From: Cenococcum geophilum
Taxonomy: Eukaryota
Length of the DNA: 64,000 nt
Assembly: GCA_050273025.1 (NCBI GenBank)
Contig: CP158635.1
Location: forward strand, 11,160,001-11,224,000
Reading direction: 5' to 3'
Shown: positions 52,331 to 64,000 of the stretch, one piece after another
Layout: each line of letters starts with the position of its first letter
How positions within the stretch are numbered: position 1 is the first letter of the stretch
Notes under the pieces: generated by a model
Databases searched by the model: none
What the model saw: the letters and a program-made list of their open reading frames with translations, nothing else
Told to the model about the DNA's origin: nothing
Program-made: the position numbers and the translations under genes

Positions 52331-52750
52331 TATAAATATTTATATACTAGGTAAAACTTAACAGTCTTTAGAACTCTTATTTATATATATAGCAGTATTT
52401 ATCTAGTTAACTCTTTTCTTTATAGAACTTCCTTATATATTTCTAGATATTATACAACTTACTAAAACAGTAGGTGCAAAATAGATACGGAAATTTCTTT
52501 AAAGGCTTTCTCCCCTTTTTAAGAGATAATATACAATCCGTAGCTTATACGTTATTCTTAGTCTAATAATACCTAACATTCCGCTTACTTTGGTAAGGTT
52601 TAAAGATTATAAAGTAACCGCGTTTTTATATTAGAGGTATTATAACGTATAGGGTTATACTAGATTCCTAAGTTTTAGTAAATAGAGATTAGATAGGTTC
52701 TATTACTTATAATTCCTACACTTTTAAATATATGTTTTATATAGTATAGG

Positions 52751-54578
52751 CCAAGGGTTTATAGGCCAGAAAGAAACATTACTAGTCTTCAGCGGATACC
52801 AGAGCCCCCCTATCGCAGTTGCAACAGAAATACCACAAGGATCACCCCTCTCGCCTATACTCTTCCTTTTCTTTATAAGCAACCTGCTTAACTCCTTTAA
52901 GGAAGGGGCGACCTAGGGAATAGGCTTTATTAACAATATAAACCTAATCACATACGGGCCAACAGCCGTAGAGAATTGTAGAACACTAGAGAAAGCCTAT
53001 AACACTTATATAGAATGGGCAAAACGTTATAGAGTCTAATTCTCACCAGAGAAATACCAGCTAATCTATTTCATAAGAAAACGCAACTAATCTGCAGATC
53101 TCTAGCATATAATTTGCATCTAAGGCTTTAGGGGTTAACCAGTTTAGGGCCTAAGGGTATTAAAAGTATAGGTAAATAGTAAGCTCTAGTAGAGCGCATA
53201 TACGGCGCAAGCGGCCCATAAAGGCCAAGCATAGTTTATCGCTTTATCCAGGATTATTAATTCTATATAGGGTCCATACTTCTAGAGGTCACGCCTATTA
53301 TATATAGCAGTTATCCGGCCAACCATAACATATAGATCTAGTATTTAGGCCATTAGAGAAACTAAGAAGGGCCCCCCTAAATCACTCCTTAAACCACTTT
53401 AAAAGGTCCAAACAGCCTACCTCCGGAGTATCACAGGCGGGTATAAGCGAACGGCCACAGCACTGCTTAAGAAGGAATCCAATATTCCCCCCCTATAATT
53501 ACATATTAAAGCCGCTATAATATAAAGGACGTAAAATAAACGCAACTCTAATATTATAAAGTATATTAAGACACGCCTAAGTAAACTATAGAGGGACCTT
53601 AAGGTGCCCCATAAGAGAACAAACCAACAACCCCAAAGTAGGGAAGAGATATTAGAGAAACAGGTAAAGAAAGTAGAAGAAGAATAATGCCGCTTTAGGG
53701 CCTAGGCCCATATAGAGGAGGAAGGGAGACGTATAAGAGGTCAGCAAAGACAACAGCAAGACAGAGAAAAGAGCCAAAGTAGAATACGCAAGAACGCCAG
53801 GAAACCATCTACCGTAATATAATACTAGTTAGACTAACGCTAGAGAGGTAAATAGGAGTTAAAGGTATAGAGGCTAACTTAGGCAAGACAAACCTAAGCT
53901 ATAGTATAGTTAACGCCATAGGGGGTAAATACCTAAGGGCTCTAAGAAGGCCTAACAAAGGCAGAAAATATAATAGTAATACTCTTAAGAACAGGAATAA
54001 TAGGACTAAAAGACTAGCTTTACTAGGTAGGTGTCCTAGTAGGTAGCCCAAAATATAAATGTAGCTAGCTAAAACAGACACTAAAACACGTAATACTACT
54101 ATACCCCCTACACACTAATTAAGAAATAATGCTCTTAGCAGCTGGCATAGAGAACTATAATACACTACTCTTAACACAAAAAGGCCTCAAGGCGGTTACC
54201 TAGTAGCTTATTAGCCAAAATATGCTAAATCAGTTCCGGGTTATAAGGGAAATAGTAATAAAAGGCAAGGGGGCAAGCAGCAGGTGCCCCCTAGTAACTC
54301 TACAGTAGTAGAGTAAAAGTTTATAATACTAGCGCGTCCGTAGGCTTATTACGGCAGCAGTAGTTCCCAAGAAGGTTAAATAGTAAGGTAGTAGAGTACC
54401 ACAGGCGACTTATAGGCGCTAAGTAGGCGAGTCCTAAAAGGCGGGGAGATGGATTACGGGGTTTTCTTATTTTTCTTAAATAGAGTTTTCTCCCCATATG
54501 TAAATAAGGAGTAGTCCGCGTGGGCCTAATAGGGATCCAAATCGGACGTTAAGCAATGAATTATTATTATTATTATTA
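52751..54578 (+). mobile_element. 5'-truncated copy of the Tad1-like LINE
   Basis: Reverse-complement match to 17164-18808. IPQGSP at 52830. (ATT)n tail 54560-54580. TSD TTATATAGTATAGG at 52737-52750 and 54579-54592. Confidence 0.93.
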
Positions 54579-54892
54579 TTATATAGTATAGGAGAGATAT
54601 CTATAGTTCCTGCTATATAGGGGACTAAAGGCTTTAAACTATCCCTACTATAGTTAATAATAGATACTCGTTATTTATATAGGAGGCTACTAGGTACTAT
54701 AGGGAATTAGCGCAGATCTCTAAGGTTATAGACTTTATTAAGCTTCGTTACTAAGTAAAGAGGCTGCCTATAATTAGGAGGAATTATAATACTAAAGGAG
54801 TTATTATACGGATACTAAGGAAGGTAAAACTAGGGCTTATTATTAGCGAGACTATAAAATAGGGAAAGATTAGAAGGAATAAGAGCGAGAAT

Positions 54893-55150
54893 TGTAAGGG
54901 TTATTTTGGCCCTTACTCGGCTGCATCGCCTAGGGGCTCTTAGGGGTCGCCAAGGCTAGCCTTCGGCTAGCCCTTGGCACCTCCTTATAAGCACCTCAGG
55001 CTTGCAGCCCTTCCCTCCTCATCGGTTCGTCTCTGTACTCAGGCTATTGCCTACCCTCATTACCATATCGTCCTCTTCCATCGACTCCCTATGTGACTCA
55101 TGCTCGGCTTGCCTGCTCCCTACCGTACACCCTGGCAATACTGCCTTACA
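54893..55150. mobile_element. Solo LTR (258 bp)
   Basis: TGTAAGG...CCTTACA inverted termini; 5-bp TSD AGAAT at 54888-54892 and 55151-55155; GC-rich and little RIP. Confidence 0.9.
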
Positions 55151-58100
55151 AGAATCTAGATAATATGCGTTATATTAGCATATTATATATAGGCTATAGG
55201 GGCTAAGCTTATTAAATAGGGAATTATAAGCTGCTAGGGCGAGAGTACTAGAAATAAAAAGCGTGCTAAGTAAGCCTATACCTTAGTAAAAGAGGTACTT
55301 AGAGATATTAAGGCTAAGAAGGCGTATATAAAAGAAGGCGGAATTACAAATATAGCTATTAAGACTAATCTTAAGATCCTAGCTATTTTCGCTATCTTTT
55401 TTTAGCTTAAGGAGGCTAGTTTCCTAAGGCGCTATAAAAGTTCTAAAAGAGTTCTATATAAGTTATATAGAAGTCCTAAAGGAGTTACAGAGAAGTCCTA
55501 AAAGATTCCTAAAGGATTGCTAAGAGATTACTATTAAGGGGCACAATATTCTATAAAGGTGGTTAGAGGGAATTAGGCTATAACTTAGCCTTATAGCCGC
55601 CCTATTACCCTACTACCCTATTATACTATTACCTTATTACCTTATTGCCTTATTACCCTTTTTTACTTTAGTTAATCTCTTTATTAGTAAAACACTTCTA
55701 CTTTTTAAAACAATATATAAACTTCCTATTATAGCATTTATTGGCGCTAAGTTTATTTATTTACTTGTTTTTAGTTAAGTAGTGCTTTTATAGCTTTATT
55801 TACTAACTACCTTATAGTATTTTCTCCGCTTTTAAATAATTTTTTACTTTCTTTCTCTCTAAACTATTTTTAGAGTCTCCCTTTATTACTAGCTTAAAAA
55901 CATCTCTCTTACTTCGGCTAAGTTATTATATATATTATTAGAGCTGTCCTAGTATACTAGACTAGCTATTAAGGTTTATATATATAGCCTCTTAAAGTAA
56001 ATTGCTAACTAAAAATTAGGCTTTATTCTTGTGGAGATTCTATATAAATATTTTAAAAACTATTTTTAATAAGGATTTCCTAGTCGTTACTAGTATTACT
56101 ATACTTACCTTTCTACTCCTAATTTCCGGCTTCGTACTAGTATTCTTTCTATAATACTGGATAATAGGGCGTTTATTAGCTTTTTTAGATGGTCTCTTAG
56201 TAAATATATTATTAGGTGTAACTCTTACTGCTTTTACCTGGATAGTAAGAAAATATAAAAGGTTAAAAGTGTTATAGCTCTTATGCGCTATGGTTATTCT
56301 TATACTATATTCTGGCATTTACTTTATATTTATTAATATATATCTATTTCTTTTAGTAAGCTACTATAGTAACGCTTTAGTGACCTCCACTAATATAAAT
56401 AGGGACACTTTCTTATAAAATATATTATAAACGTTGCCGTTATTTTACTATAAGCTTGGTCGCTTTATATTAAATATTAATAGTATAACGTAATATCTTA
56501 AGATATACCTATTAGCCCTAGTGACTTAGAGAAAGCTATACGGAGATATTTAAACCCTAAATACCCTAACTAACCTATTAGCCTTAATAACTTAGAGGAA
56601 GCCATAATATTAAACCCTAAATCCTCCTATATTAAAACTAATCGTAGGAGAAATAGGTTAGTTTTTAGTTATCTTAGTTACTTCTTAGGCTAATACTAGC
56701 TTAGTAGTTTTAAAATTTATATTAGCTATTCTATTAATATAACCTATAAAGTGCAAAGAGAAGGCAAGACCTTTTTATCTAAGAATTTTAAAGCTATAGA
56801 CAATCCCCCGCTAAATAAGGGCCTTTAATTTAAGGTATATAGCCTATAGTAGGATTACATCTTTCTACCTAAGAAGGTTAAAGCTATAGATAACTTCCTA
56901 CTAGATAAGGTTTTCTTTAGAGATAATTGCTATATACTTTAGTTATACCTTAAACGTATATATCTTAAGTAAGAGTAGGGAAACTTTATATCCTAGATGC
57001 TAAAGCTTAGTGACTTAAGAGGGGAGGCTATAAAAAAGCTAAGGCTGTAAGAGGTATATATAAGGAACTATTAAGTTATTTAGAAGGAATTTTCTTCCTA
57101 GGTAGTAGCTATATATAGACTTTATTAAAGCTCAAAGCCTCTTACTGCCTTTAAACTTCCTTAGAAAACTCGGCTAAGGTATAGCTTCTCTTTTAAAGGC
57201 ACGTAGTATTATCTAAAATTGCCTTATATAGCTAACATTAAGATATACTCTATTAAAGCCACTAAACGCGTCTCTAGCTTTATACCTTATTATATAAAAC
57301 CAAACTATAGTTTTTATTTATTTTTAGGAGGGAAGGCCTTATATAGAGTCTCTTATTATTATATAAAACTTTTATACTAGAAGTATACTAAATTTTTAAG
57401 GGCTAGGAGCGGGGATATGCTAGCGCTCTATAACTTGGCTAATTACTTCTAGTTATATAATAAAGCCTTAATAAGTAATGGTTTAAATATCTATAGGTTT
57501 TATTATAGATAGGTAACTAGGGTAATTAGGGGAATATATACCTAAGCACGAGCTAAAGTATAGCGCATTTACTTTACCCCTCTTAAATAGTTAGACTTTT
57601 ATATTTTAAAGTCTAAGCTATAATCTATAGGGTAAACTACTAATTTAAAAAAGCCCTAAATACTACCTACTCTCTTACTTATTAATCTAAAATATGCTAG
57701 CTTTTATATATTAACTAATACCGGAACTAAGCCCCTATATATAGCCCCGTACTTTTAAGCCTATTACTTAGCTTAGAGTTAGGAGAATATTAGTATAATT
57801 TAGCACTTTAGGGCTTACTAGCTTAGCTACTAGAACGCCTTTATATCTATAGTAGCGTACTAATAGATTTTTTAATAGGTAATTAGTATTCTGTTCTTAC
57901 TTTATAGGTTAATTAATACCTCCAATTTTAGGCTTATATATACTTTTACTACCTCTAAATAATTAGGGTTAAACTATATTATAGTTAGCCCTCTACTAAC
58001 CTTTGCTACGTATAACTATATATCCGCATTAAGTTGCTAACGCCGCCTTTTAATATATTTAGTATACTAGGTTTAGACCTATATATACCCTTATTATTCT

Positions 58101-60739
58101 AGTAAGATATTAGCTATATATAGTATAATTAACCTTTAACTAGTCTTTAATATATATATAGTATAGCATATACTATTATTTTATCGGCTAATATATTAAT
58201 AGACTACTAAGTTTAGACCTCTAGAGCTAACATTCTTATTACTTACTATATTATATCTTCCTAGGGAGGTTCCCAATCCTAAGGATATTCTTATAGCCGC
58301 TTTTATAACTCTTAAAGCCGCCCCTATAGCAATAAGATTTTAAGTCCTTACTACTAACTTTAATAAAAGCGTTTATACAACTAATAGTAATTACTCTGTG
58401 CTCATTTATATTGTAATACCTCTTAATAACTACACTATATTAAGTTTAGAGATTCTTTATAATACGATTTATAAAAAAGGTATTAAGTACATAGTTAGTA
58501 TATATAATATTTCCGGTAAAGCCTATAAGAAGCTTTTTAATAAACTTATAGTTTTACGCTACTATCTAAGTATATATCCTTTAATAATATAATTTTCTGG
58601 ACTAATTATAATATAAAGTAAGGGGCAAAAACTAAAAAAGAAGCTTTTAAATAAGCACTTAAGGAATATATAGTAGAGTAATAGAATAAAGGATAGATTA
58701 TATAGATAGCTGAAAAGCTTAAGCTATAGGGGTAGGTAAGCCAGCTTACTTACTACTAAATTAAGGGTGCTATATATTAGAGGCTACAGAAATACTACTA
58801 TCTAATTATATAAAGGAATATTTTATAGGTACATAGGAATAATTAGAAAATTTTATATAGACTATTAAGGAATATAGAGTCCTATAAAACATTTTTGTTA
58901 TTATATTTTTAAGATAAGGTTTAAAATAAATAAGACTTAATATAGCTTAGATGGAGGACCTAGGGTTAGTATATCTGCTATAAAGACTAATCTTATCTAA
59001 AAATAGCGTCTAAAATCTAGGGTAAATAATAGATTAGTTAGCTAGATACTAGGATTTTTCTACCCCTTTAAAGCCCTTTATTACTTTAATACTTATAAAC
59101 CTTATTATAGTGCTACCTCCTAGCTATAGCTATAAGAATCTTATTAGCTAGGGAATTTCAGGTATTATATATTACGATAAACTTTAAAATAAGGTTATTA
59201 AAGCTCTAAATAATACGAATTCTTAACGCTTTATTAAAGTTAAAAAGAAGATTTATAAGAGACTTAGTTAATATAATAGACTCTTATAATACTATAGCAG
59301 CAAACTTTTCTAAAAGGATAACTATATAGTAATATATTTAGAACGCGCTCTAAATAGCTAGCTCTATAGGTTTCTTTAGGATAAAAGTAATAACGTTAAT
59401 TAACTTTTATAAATGCGTTAGATTTTATAGCTTATAGATATTCTTAAATATATTTACTCTAGATATATTATATATAGTAATATTTTATACTATAATATTC
59501 TCTTAAATATTCTCTTAAATATAAAGCTAATTAACTTTACTAGTTTATTAATTAATAGGTCTCCTCTTTTTACTTTATACTTTATTTAAGCCTAAGCTCT
59601 ATATTTAAGTACGCCTTAAAAGGACAAAATTTTTGCCTTTAGATTAGCTTATTATTATATCTTAATATATTATATTGCCTTTTATAAGCTTTCTAATAAC
59701 AATATAGAAGATTATTATAAATAAGGAATATTTCCTAAATTAAAGTCCCTAGGGGCCTTTAGAGTTATTATTAAAGGCTATTAAAACAGTAAATATAACT
59801 ATATAGATAACGTTATTAAAGAAATAGATAAGTAAGGTAGGTTTATAAAACTAGGAATTTTAACTATCTAAACTTATTTACAGATTTACGGAATCTATCC
59901 TTAGTAACGGCGCCATAGTATTTCCTCTATACTCTTAAGGCTTTCCTTTTAATATTTATAAAATCTTATCTTTAGCTTAAAAATCTAAAGGCTACTCTAT
60001 CTAGATTTATACTTTACCTATTTCTTAGGCATTATTAGCATTAATAAAGGTAAATTTTATACTTTATAAGTTTATTAGTCTTACTATCTTTATATATAGT
60101 GTAATATACTAACTATCCTTTATTTAAAATATACTAAATAATTTCCGGTTATTAGCAAGCTCCTAAACTGTGCCGTACTTTATATTATAGGTATTAGGTT
60201 AAAATACATTTACCTACCTTATATAATAGCGCTAGGGTAAAGGATAATGTAATTTATCTTTAAGGAATATCTTAGTCTCTTCTAATACTTTTTATATTTA
60301 ATAGTAATTTTAGTAGATTAGCACATCTTAAGTATAAAAAAGTTTATAATTTAACAAATTCTTTTAAGTATATTAATAGTAAAAGAGGATTTATAATATA
60401 AATAAATAGGTACTATAATGCCTAGTAATATAATAAGTCTTATAACTTATAAGGCTCTGTTTTAATTAGATATATATAACATAGATAAGTTAATAGCAAA
60501 ATTTAGATAAAAACGGCTGTATATAGTAACACCGCCTTAAGAAAATGCACTTAAATAATTAGACTACTAAATATAAACCCCAGCTTCCTATTTTTATAAA
60601 ACTAACCAAAATATAAAAATACGCCTAAGCTACTAGCCCCGTCTCTTCTATATAGTAACTCTGCCCTTTATCCCTATAACTTTAAAAAAAGAGTATACCT
60701 GCAATAATCTAGCTTTAGCTTATTAAACGCGTCTTTAAT

Positions 60740-60875
60740 AAAACTTAAAGGTATCTTTAAAATTTAAAAGCCCGCTTTTATAAACCTAGGTAGGCTTCTA
60801 AGCCACCTTATATTTATGCCCTAACTTAGTTATTCTTTCCCCTAGAATATTATCAATCTCTTATTTATTATCTAA
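60740..60875 (-). pseudogene. Chromo-like domain relic within a larger RIPed gene (~60.5-62.2 kb)
   Basis: Reads DNK*EIDNILGERITKLGHKYKVA*KPT*VYKSGL. De-RIPed this is DDEWEIDDILGERITKSGHEYEVAWKPTWVHESGL. No integrase lies upstream. Confidence 0.6.
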
Positions 60876-62283
60876 GCTTATTTTATTAATTTTATCTTTT
60901 TTAGTCTAGGTACGGCGCTTTATAGTAGGCTCTAGGTTTAAAATATTGCTTTAGTTATTAGTAACACTATTACTATTACCGTCCTCCTTATTATAAATAT
61001 AACTGCTAGCCTTATTATATAGTAGTTTAATACTATAGAGAAGGGTAGGCTCTTAAAGTAAAGGGCTAGCGGGCTATAAAGTAAATACTGCTTGCTAGTT
61101 AACTTATAGGTATTAAAAGTTAAGGTTAAGAATAGGAGGGATAAGGGGACTAGAAGATAAGTCTTCGCAGTAAATAGGTAGCCTTTATTACTTCTAGGGA
61201 CGTAGATTATTACTACCTTTACCGCCCTTACCACCTCTACTACTCTCTTTAGTAGGGTTATTAGAATTAGAATTAGTAATATCCTATTTAAGCTTCTGCT
61301 TCCTTAGTATAAAGGATAATTTACCTCCTATATTCCCTTTTTTATAATTACCCTCCTCCCTAATAAGCAGATTGTCTATATATTATAGTTATTAGGTTAT
61401 AGTAACAATATTTTTAATATTTATAACTTACTAATATTATCCGTATTATTAACTATTAAGTTTTAGTTAGTTACTATATAGGTCTCTAAGTTCTATATAG
61501 CCTAGGGGATAGTTATAATATTAATTCCCCTAGCTAGGCTATCTATTTTATTAACGCCTTTTACTATAGGTTTAAGATAGTTATATATAGATACGCTAAA
61601 GAGATCTTCTAGTTCCTTTAAAGAAGGTAACTCCTTATCCTTATTATTCTTATTACTGCGGTTATTTCCGCTACCTAATAATTATTAAGTAAGGACGTTA
61701 TATAGGGGGGAAGTATATACCTAACCTATAAGGTGCTAGTTAATCGCTAACTTTATTAGCTTTATTACTAGTATTACTAACTCCGCCGCCTTTAACTTTA
61801 GGTTTTAAGTCTAGGTTAGCTATATTATCTTTAATAAATATTAGATTTACTACTAACTATTAGATATATTTATAGTTATTAAAAATAAAAAAAGGGGATA
61901 ATTACTAAATTACCTTAATTACTTCCTCTAATGTCTTAGCTGTTACTTATATTTTTATAAATATCTTTATATTTATTAAAAGCCTTAGGATTTACGGGTG
62001 CCTTATTAGGTGGAATATTTAAAAAAGGTAATATAGAATAACTTACCTAAGTATAACTAGGCTAAATATTTTATAGAATTATCTCTTAAAGGGAAGTAAG
62101 ATACTCTCTCCTTTTTTATCCTCTTTTTAAGTATATTACTTATATTTACCCTAGAAGCTATAATTATATAATACTAAGAAGCATTTAGTTTTTTAGAAAG
62201 TATAGTATAGAAATTAATATTATTAAGTAAAATTTATAAATTAAAATAAAGGGGTTAAGAAAATGCCACTATTACTACCGCTA

Positions 62284-64000
62284 TGTCATAGGACGGGGCA
62301 GTGGCTACAAGACGTATGTATTCGAGGAGTCTACAAGACGTTACGCGATCGATCGTAAGGGTCGAGGGCGTAAGGAGGTGATATACCTACGCGTAGCTGA
62401 CATAAGCTATACGTAAGGTATACGCGAGAGCACGGGGCTCTCCTATAGAGGCCCCTACGGTGGGGTTCCGTAACACTACCCCCCCTCCTATAGAGGCGGA
62501 GCTCCGGCGACGCTGTGGTTACTATATATATATAGAAGGGATACTTAGGGTATAGAAAAGAAGAAAGGGGGGTATTACTAAAGGCTTAAAACAACGTTAT
62601 GTGATAAGGCTTGGCATCTAAAAATCCGACTAATTAGACAACTTTAACCGCCGGTTGAAGTTCCTAGATATCTTAACGATATTCCGGTTACGTAATCGCA
62701 CTTTACCGCAATCTAACGGCAATCTAATGGTAATTTGCCCTTACGTGGCAATGTATAACGGTTTAACTCTATAAGGGCTCCTATAGAGGATTAGGTATAA
62801 AATCTCTGCTTAGGCCTAGTTTCTATGGGTTCGTGTAGTAAAAGTCGCTAATTAGATCCTTTGCATTTTTAAAGTCTTCCTATAGTTGCCATTCTGGCTA
62901 ATCTATATTAAATCCTATATATATAGCTCTATAGTAGAGCCGTCGTCCTCTACCTTTGCTAAAGTATTTAGAGTTAATAATTCGTTCAACAGTCCACTCC
63001 TTGTGGTTCTCGTCTTCGTTCTCGTCTTGGATTAGTACTGGTAGGGGTTTAAGCTATATCTGCCCCGGTAAGGGGTTAGGCTAGTAAAGGTGTAGTAGCT
63101 ATAGGTGAAATATAGGCTATATCCCGCGGGTGGCTAGGGCAGGCGGGAGCTCTAGCTCGTATACGGCTCCCCTATTAATAACTCGTTTAATTAGGTAGGG
63201 GCCGAGGTTCTTATAATTAAGTGACTTTATAGGCCTCTGCGTAGAGATATTGCGTATATTTAGCTATACCTAGTTACCAATACGCATCTCCGGTGGTGGC
63301 GTTCTATAATAGTTAGCAAAGTAGGCCTGCTTTGCTTAAGCCCAGGCCATTTCTCCCTTGTAGTAGTTAAGTAGATTTTTTATACGGTCTATATACTGGT
63401 TAGTAAGTAGCATCTTAAGGCGTTTTCCATATGGCAGTTTCTTATTAATAGGTTCTAGTGGTTCTATGCCGGATTGGGGGTAATATCCCTTGTTTGCGAA
63501 GAACGGGGTAAGTCCTATAGTAGTTAAGATATAGTTATTTGCTGCGAATTCACCTAGTAGGAGGTAATCCACCCAGTTATCTTAACTATAGGCGACTACC
63601 TATCATAGGTACGCTTTTATGCTAGTATTAGCGTTTTCCAGTTGCCCAGTAGTTTTGTGGTAGAAGGATGTAGACATCTTAACAGAGATGCTAAGGCGTT
63701 AGCAGATTTGTCTCTATATATTAGAGCCAAACTATATACCTTAGTCGGACGTAATTAAGTTAGGTAACCCATATAATCGGTAGATTTTATAGAGGAAGGC
63801 GTTAGTGACGTCGCTAACGGCTACGCCTTTAGTTAGGACGTAGTGGCGCTCTTTTATAAGTCGGCATATTATTATAAGGATGTTCTTATAGGTATAGCTA
63901 TGTCGCTTATAGGGTGGTAGGTTAATAACGAAATCTATAGCGATATCTGCCCATCGTCGTATAGGTACTGGTAGAGGGTATAGTAGTCCTTAGTACTTTG
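62284..64000 (-). mobile_element. Chromoviral Ty3/Gypsy family C, 3' end (runs off the window)
   Basis: 192-bp LTR 62284-62475 (TGTCA...TAACA). PPT complement at 62476-62488. Chromodomain EWTVERIINS (63000-62971), KNLGPY (63212-63195), integrase core (IDFV ~63820, TSD.G ~63745, TSFYH..TGQLE ~63670-63636). Confidence 0.9.

Larger units (their letters stand above)
34806..62283 (+). mobile_element. Putative degraded Starship (captain plus RIPed cargo); boundaries not established
   Basis: The captain is the first gene and is followed by ~25 kb of uniformly RIPed non-TE gene relics, which implies the whole block was once duplicated. The right end is not visible. Confidence 0.5.

Overview
This is a fungal (filamentous ascomycete-type) repeat-rich region heavily mutated by RIP: CpA/TpG are depleted, TpA is in excess, and paired repeats differ by C>T/G>A transitions. 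Only one gene looks intact, a 5-exon atypical Ser/Thr kinase (6619-7857, minus). The rest is a nested set of mobile elements. (1) A complete Ngaro-type tyrosine-recombinase retrotransposon with split direct repeats (1751-6390), inserted in a composite minisatellite. (2) A pogo/Fot1-like TIR element (8362-10576). (3) Inside it, a 1-kb non-coding retroposon whose first base is the cleavage-site G of an HDV-like self-cleaving ribozyme fold and whose 3' tail resembles the Tad1-like LINE in this window; this is the most unusual feature. (4) Three chromoviral Gypsy families, one with a long gag extension and an antisense, intron-containing Zn2Cys6-like gene. (5) Full-length and truncated Tad1-like LINEs and two un-RIPed solo LTRs. 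(6) From ~34.8 kb, a RIP-killed DUF3435 (Starship captain) gene followed by ~25 kb of RIPed non-TE gene relics (FunK1 kinase, a chromo-like protein, unidentified ORFs), consistent with a dead Starship. Peptides marked 'de-RIPed' are my manual reconstructions, not database results.
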